This document shows positions 35,195 to 48,099 of a stretch of DNA of 48,099 nucleotides, piece by piece. Within the stretch, counting starts at the first letter, position 1, and each line of letters begins with the position of its first letter. Source of the stretch: Macrostomum lignano (Eukaryota); assembly GCA_002269645.1 (NCBI GenBank), contig NIVC01000635.1, positions 1 to 48,099 on the forward strand, in the 5' to 3' direction. Under the pieces are notes generated by a model. The model made no database searches and had not been told where the DNA came from. It saw only the letters and a program-made list of their open reading frames with translations. The translations under genes and the position numbers were made by a program.

Positions 35195-38100
35195 ATGAGC
35201 TTCAACCTCCTGCTGGACCTGCCGCCGCAGGACCCAGATGGGCCAGCCGTTCAGCACCCTGTGCTGGCTGAGCACTCCTACTGCAAGTCCTGGCGCTTCA
35301 TTCCAGCGCTGCAGAAATGCCAGCCAAGGCGAACGGCGCTGTTTGACATGCCTGACAGTCGGGCTGCTGCGCCTGCTGGGTGAGCTGTGGGTCATTGGGT
35401 ACCTACTTCTGAGCACAGAGGATCCAAGGGTGCTCAGGGGCTCATCGAAGGATCCAAGGGTGCTCAGGGGCTCATCGAAGGATGCAAGGGTGCTCAGGGG
35501 CTCATCGAAGGATGCAAGGGTGCTCAGGGGCTCATCGAAGGATCCAAGGGTGCTCAAGAGCTCATCGAAGGATCCAAGGGTGCTCAGGGACTCATCGAAG
35601 GATCCAAGGGTGCTCAGGGGCTCATCGAAGGATCCAAGGGTGCTCAGGGGCTCATCGAAGGATCCAAGGGTGCTCAGGGGCTCATCGAAGGATGCAAGGG
35701 TGCTCAGGGGCTCATCGAAGGATGCAAGGGTGCTCAGGGGCTCATCGAAGGATGCAAGGGTGCTCAGGGGCTCATTGAAGGATGCAAGGGTGCTCAGGGG
35801 CTCACTGAAGGATGCAAGGGTGCTCAGGGGCTGACTGAAGGATCAAATAAATTTCTGTTCGAAGATTCTGGGCTCCTTAGCCTACTCACTAGTAGCATTG
35901 TGAAGAGCAAGCTATTGATACAGTTCGGCAATCGAACATCCGCTCTCTGGCAGCAACGCGGAGCCGGCCGAAGTGGACGTGGTGTCCGTGGCGCCGGCGG
36001 AGGCCAAGCCAGACTGCATTGTCGATCGGGCCGAATGGCGCAGCGAGCGCTGCATGCTGCACCGCCTGCAGCTCATCGGCGTGGCCGAGTGCCCCGAGCC
36101 TGACCAGTGGGAGGACCAGGTGTCCAGGTGAGTGGGATCTGTATCGGCTTGGAATCTTTATCCTCATATCTGCTTTTAAGTCTTTATCCTCATATCGGCG
36201 TTTTAGTCTTTATTATCCTTGACCTTATCTCGGCTTTGAGTCTTTATCCCCATCTAGGCTTTGAGTCTTTATCCCCATCTTGGCTTTGAGTCTTTATCCC
36301 CATCTAGGCTTTGAGTCTTTATCCCCATCTAGGCTTTGAGTCTTTATCCCCATCTAGGCTTTGAGTCCTTATCTTCATTTCGGTTTTTGGGTCTTTCCTC
36401 ATTGCGGCTTTTGAGTCCTTATCCTCATTTTTCTTTAAATCCTTAAGCCTCTACAAGCCCATTTTGCCACCGCCACTCGCAGGGCGGGCTGGACAATGCA
36501 GCACAACCGCCTGTTCGACTCCATCGTTCAAATGCTGATGAGCGACGTGCTGGCCAGCTCGGTGACCCAGTCGGTAAGCAGCCCGGCTCGGCGGTGACGA
36601 TAACCGGGGTTCGATTTGGGTCTTGTCGTTCAATTGGCGCCCATGAGGGCCGCCAAACCCAGCGTGCTTAACGATTTAAAAAAGTCTCCTCGTCTTTGTC
36701 TTGACCGTCAACATTTGCTGGCTGGTTTCTGGAGCAGCGGCTGAAGACTTCCTCGCCTCCCCATCCCCGCAGCTGTCCCACTGGGATGTGCACCGCTGCC
36801 TGCAGGTGAAGCGCCTGGCCCGCAGCCTCCGCAAGCTGCTCGGCCTGTACCAGTGGGATCGGGCCTTCCTGCTGCGCGCCCACACCGCCCTCATTCACCA
36901 CCTGCCGCTGCGCTTGCTGGCCTCCTACCTGGACGGCCTGACCGCGCTAAACCGCCGGCACCCGGCGCTGGTGCAGCAGACTCTCCTATCCGGCACTGGC
37001 GGCGCCAGCGAGCGGCTCGCCAGCGGCGGCTGCGGGCGGGCCAACATCACTGGACAGGTGCGAGACTGCTTATTGTGCCTGATCCTATTGGCTGGGCCAC
37101 TCGCCACCCAGATCCTCACCACCCTCCCAGATCCTCACCCACCCTCCCAGATCCTCACCCACCCTCCCAGATCCTCACCCACCCTCCCAGATCCTCACCC
37201 ACCCTCCCAGATCCTCACCCACCCTCCCAGATCCTCACCCACCCTCCCAGATCCTCACCCACCCTCCCAGATCCTCACCCACCCTCTCAGATCCTCACCC
37301 ACCCTCTCAGATCCTCACCCACCCTCCCAGATCCTCACCCACCCTCCCAGATCCTCACCCACCCTCTCAGGTCCTCACCCACCCTCTCAGGTCCTTACCC
37401 ACCTTCCCAGATCCTCATCCACACTCCCAGATTCTCATCCACACTCTCAGATTCTTAGTCACTCTCCCATATTCTTAGTCACCCTCCCAGATCCCCATTC
37501 ACCCTTCCAGATCCTCACCCACCTTCCCAGATCCTCACCCACCTTCCCAGATCCTCACCCACCTTCCCAGATCCTCATCCACACTCCCAAATTCTCACCA
37601 CCCTCCCAGATCCCCATTCACCCTCCCAGATCCTCATCCACCCTTCCAGATCCTCACCCACCCTCCCAGTTCCTCACCACTCAGTTCCTCATCCACCCTC
37701 CCAGATCCCCATCTCCCCAATTATCAACGCTTCCTTAACCGCAGGTGCGCGAGCTGGTCGTGGGCGCAGCTGAGCCGGACTCGCTGGAGCGCCGCCTGTC
37801 CCGCGCAGAGATCCAGGGAGTGCAGCCGCCGCTGCTGCCCGAGCCGGGCCAGCAGCCGAAGCTGGGCCTGGTGCTGCTGTCCAGCCTGCCAGCCGCCAGT
37901 TCCCGACTGCAGTCGCTGGCCGCGGCTCTCGGCCGTCTCGGCCGGGTGAATATTGTAGACGGTCGGGTAGCGGCCGGCTGCAGCGTGTCCGAGTACTGCA
38001 GACAGGTGGGCTGGGCGAATCCCCTGTGTCTCGCAATCATTTTCTGATTTTTTCAAGACAATCACATCAAGCCGTTTGGCCCTCAACTCACACCTGCAGC

Positions 38101-39017
38101 TGCTGGTCCGATTCCGCGCCCAGCTGAACCAGCCCGACCTGGACCGGGTCCTGGCTGTCTGTCTCGGCCCCTCGGCCTGCCTGGCCGGCACCTACCTGCT
38201 CTGCACTGTGCAGCGCCGCAACCAGCTGCCCGACTGCCTGGCCGGCTGCGTCCTCATTGGCCCGCCTAGCCGGGACATCTTTGGCCGGCGTGGCTTCCCT
38301 GAGGACCACCTGCTGCACCACAGCCTGCCCAGCCTGCTGCTGCTGGGCACGGAGACCGGCTTCGCCTGCCCAGACGAGCTGGACTGGCTGCGGCAGCGCT
38401 GGCCGGCCAAATCCCGCTTGGTGCTGTTCCCCGGCTGTGACCACTACCTGCGCGCCGGCCACCGCTGGCTGCGCGCCCTCCGCCTCTGCCAGGACGGCGT
38501 GGATGCCCGGGCCGCCACTGAGGTAGCCGACTTTGTCCGACGGGACATCTTCGACGTATCAGCCGGACGAGAAGCGGAAGCGGACGAGCCGGCGTCCGAG
38601 ATCGGAAGCGAGGACACGGCGGACGCGGTGCCGTCTCCGGCTAGCGGCGCCGTCCAGTCGCCGTCATTCCCGGCGATGCCGATGCCCCTGTCACTGCAGC
38701 TGCAGGCTCCGCCTACCGCGGCCTCTTCGTCGGCGTCTTCGCCGGCGCCAGCTACGCCGACCTCCGCGTTTGGTGGAGGCAGCGTCGGCAAGAAGCGGAA
38801 GCAGCGTCTGCAGGACCGGCTGCCAGCCAAGATGGCCGCCTTTCACTGGGGCCGCGCGCCACTGGACCCGGGCTCGGCTCCTTCGGCTGCGTCAGCATCC
38901 GGCTACCGGTTTGAAGCTGCTGCCCCGGCTGCTGCCACCGCGATTGATGCATCGACGGCGCCGCCGCCGCTTGACGACAAGGAGACTGCCAGCGCTATCA
39001 ACTCCATCCTGGGTTGA
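35195..39017 (+). CDS. KANSL3: KAT8 regulatory NSL complex subunit 3-like (alpha/beta-hydrolase fold), about 637 aa; exons 35195-35379, 35954-36127, 36483-36573, 36773-37057, 37745-38005, 38100-39017
   Basis: EHSYCKSW, WEDQVSRAGWTMQHNRLF, LPLRLLASYLDGLTAL, RGFPEDHLL..LPSLLLLG and GCDHYLR match conserved KANSL3 blocks. All splice phases are consistent. Confidence 0.85.
35420..35840. repeat. 30-bp minisatellite (gaaggatccaagggtgctcaggggctcatc) in KANSL3 intron 1
   Basis: Tandem copies visible. Confidence 0.95.
36170..36430. repeat. 25-bp minisatellite (ttgagtctttatccccatctaggct) in KANSL3 intron 2
   Basis: Tandem copies with degenerate ends. Confidence 0.9.
37100..37720. repeat. 20-bp minisatellite (cagatcctcacccaccctcc) in KANSL3 intron 4
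   Basis: Tandem copies that degenerate toward the 3' end. Confidence 0.95.
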
Positions 39018-40011
39018 GTGCTGTTATAAATTGCTAGACACTATGTGTTGTGTTGGCTTGGCTAAGCCAGTGCCGTTATAAGACTTGATTAAAACTGCAA
39101 CTTCAACTCTGTGTGGTCAGTGTAATGTGTAATATACTACAGCTTCGTACTAATACAACTTATTACAGCATTTGAATTTTTCTTCACTGCAATTTGTGCT
39201 GTTTTGTTAAGTTCTCGAAAAAATTTTTCTTCGACTTAAAGGGTAAAGCTCATTTACTTTTAATCGATCGGATAGGAGAGTTGTTATACAGTCTACGACT
39301 TAGCCTATAATAATCTGCTGTGTGGCCTGGCCTAACAATTCGAGGATGACTCGAGTACGTGGCACGATTCGCTTGTGTACCCTATGGCTTTGTTTTTTAG
39401 CTATCACATGCTAATGAATCTTGATTGCGTCTAATACGTAAGATCTTGTAACTTTTTATTCGCGGAGTATTTGAATTTAAAATAATCAAATTTACTTTGG
39501 TAGCCATCAAAGGACATTCAGCCTGTACAACACTAAAATCTCTACATATATCAAACTCTTATTGGATAAAAAGCGAAATCGTCTACTAAGATTTGCCGCG
39601 CAGTGAGCTTATGGTTAATAATTGTGTTTATAGACCTTGATTGTGTCAAAATTTGTACTAAAGTTGTCTTTGTTAGAATTCGAATGAAAATGTGAGCCGC
39701 TGAAAATGAATCAGCTTGCATGCACGTAAAAATCGCTCAACCGAATACCTAGTAAAAATTTAAATCGGCTTTAGCATTAGCATGGTTTAAATTGACATAC
39801 ATCAGAAGATATTACAGTAACTTATTTTACTATCTGCAAGCACGTCCAACGTTGGTTATTTTATTTAACCTTATACCTTAACCTTTACCTTTAACCTTAT
39901 ACTTATATTAAATAAGTAAGGTAGCATTAATCTAGCCCCCCCCCCTAACTAAAATATAAATCTCAGATTAAGCTTTCCTAAGTCCTATAAGGCTCAAGCC
40001 AAATATAAACC

Positions 40012-46188
<6,177 letters not shown>

Positions 46189-46857
46189 CGAAGCCTGACT
46201 GCACTACTGCCGACTGTCTGGCCAGTAGCAAGATACGCGTTTTTTATAACTACTGAAAAACTGGATTAAATGTTAAAATGCACACAGTATCCGCGTCTTG
46301 TAGCCTAGAATTTCTCGCTCTGTCAGCCTGTGATTCAATGGAATTCGCTGCCACAATGTCACAGCAGTTGTTCACAGAGCCAATTGGTGACAAATCTAGT
46401 TTTACCCGTTCTGGCTGTGTTTTCTCCTATTTACATGTAGGTCTAACTTTTTAGTTTTTTTTATTTACTTTACAGTTTTCTGTTTCCTGACAGTTTTTTC
46501 TTATCGGCTTTTTTTCTATTCCGTTATTGCAACAGAGTCTCGCCGGCACTGAGAACAATGTCTGTTTAACAATGCTTATTTAATAAAAAAACGTATGCGC
46601 GCAGACCGCCCAGAATTTCCTTGTCCGTTATTATTTATTTATTAAGTCGCATTTTGAATTATCAAGTCTGTTTAGTTAGCACTACTCATAGTAACCAACT
46701 TCTGCAATTGGCGCAAGCAAACAATAAACGCAGTTTCTGACAAGTGTGCCAATCAGCCTGTCTTGTTGTTTTTTGTAACTTATCAACTGCGGCAATCAGA
46801 GGTACTTTAGCCTTCTTAGTGTTTTTGCTTTCAATTGAATCAGTGCCACTACATGAG

Positions 46858-47146
46858 CATACATGCGCAACAGTCTGCCGATCCGGCCGACCGATTTGGC
46901 GGCCAACCAAGGAAGTCGCAAAAATGCCCACCCGAAAAAAACAAAGTAGTACTAAGTAGCTGACGAGGCATTTTGGCTTATAAAAGACGGTCGAGAGTTA
47001 CTCCTGCCGTTTACCCAACGCTGCGTTAATTTTGCTTTAGGGTTTTTTTTTACATATAAGTCGCATTTTTGGCCAAAAACTACGTCGCATTTTTGTTAAA
47101 ACTAAGTCGCACGGCCCGACCGAATTTTGGAGGTTGCGCATGTATG
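46858..47146. mobile_element. hAT-type MITE, intact copy
   Basis: Perfect 14-bp TIRs catacatgcgcaac / gttgcgcatgtatg; exact 8-bp TSD tacatgag at 46850-46857 and 47147-47154. Confidence 0.88.
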
Positions 47147-47469
47147 TACATGAGGGTAAACGGCGCTTTTATTGCACCTTAAATCTACTTTACATTACAG
47201 TTGGGTCCGTGGAAATGGTCTAGATTTCCGCGGAATTCCGTGGAAAACTGTGAAATGCCCGCTACTATTGGCTGGGCGCAATGGGAATGGGATGGCCCAG
47301 GAATCCATATCTTCCTTGACTATGCTACTTTTTCCTTTATAGTAGCACTTATGAACGAGATTTTAAGCATACTTGATATAGTTATATCATGTATATAATC
47401 TTGATTAATTTTTTCTGGCCATCGAGAAATCAAAAGGCTGAAATATTGAAGCGCTTTTTTTGATACGAA

Positions 47470-48099
47470 ACAAGAGAGAAGTGAGAGAGGAGACAGGAAG
47501 GAGAAAGAAGGAGGATAAGGAGAGGGAAGGAGAAAGAAGGAGGGAAGGAGAGAGAAGGAGGATAAGGAGAGGAAGGAGAAAGAAGGAGGATAAGGAGAGG
47601 GAAGAGAGAAAGAAGGAGGGAAGGAGAGAGAAGGAGAGGGGAAGGAGGATAAGGAGAGAGAAGGAGAAAGAAGGACGGGAAGGAGGATAAGGAGAGGAAG
47701 GAGAAAGAAGAAGGATAAGGAGAGGGAAGGAGGAGAAAGAAGGAAGGATAAGGAGAGGGAAGAGAAAGAAGGAGGGAAGGAGAGAGAAGGAGAGGGAAGG
47801 AGGATAAGGAGAGAGAAGGAGAAAGAAGGAGGGAAGGAGGATAAGGAGAGGGAAGGAGAAAGAAGAAGGATAAGGAGAGGGAAGGCAGAAAGAAGGAGGA
47901 AGGGACGAGAGAAGGAGAGGGAAGGAGGATAAGGAGAGAGAAGAGAGAAAGAAGGAGGAAGGAGGATAAGGAGAGGAAGGAGAAAGAAGAAGGATAAGGA
48001 GAGGGAAGGAGAAAGAAGAAGGATAAGGAGAGGGAAGGAGAAAGAAGAAGGATAAGGAGAGGGAAGCGAGAAAGAAGGGGGAAAGAGGATAAGGAGAGG
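47470..48099. repeat. GA-rich degenerate tandem repeat running to the window end
   Basis: gaaggaggataaggagagg-type units. Confidence 0.95.

Noticed and set aside
36701-37738. 345-aa ORF as a single coding exon
   Set aside because: Only 36773-37057 is KANSL3-like; the rest reads through the intron 4 minisatellite.

Overview
This is eukaryotic (metazoan) genomic DNA, not prokaryotic: GC-rich spliced exons are separated by short introns, minisatellite-filled introns and AT-rich, transposon-rich blocks. The style suggests a free-living flatworm such as Macrostomum, which is inference only. Hand-built, frame-consistent gene models: a NACHT/WD40 STAND ATPase (NWD1/2-like, minus, with a frame discontinuity near 1.5-1.7 kb), an intronless class A GPCR, a compact DUF4476/PROSER1-like gene with a GC-AG intron, an actin with two CArG boxes, tRNA-Lys(CTT), a Wee1-like kinase with an atypical catalytic loop, an RG-repeat plus Spindlin/Tudor-like gene carrying an in-frame TAG, a KANSL3-like gene, Rab6, and a possible orphan gene. 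Mobile DNA includes two copies of a tRNA-derived SINE, several hAT-type MITEs with 8-bp target-site duplications (TSDs), a piggyBac-like TTAA element, a 9-bp-TSD foldback MITE and a Merlin/ISXO2-like deletion derivative. There are about 15 distinct tandem arrays. There is no CRISPR array and no clearly new multi-gene system. The best leads are the RG-Tudor gene, the altered Wee1-like kinase, the hAT element carrying a coding-like fragment, and patchy CpG depletion. Family assignments come from motif recall, not database searches.
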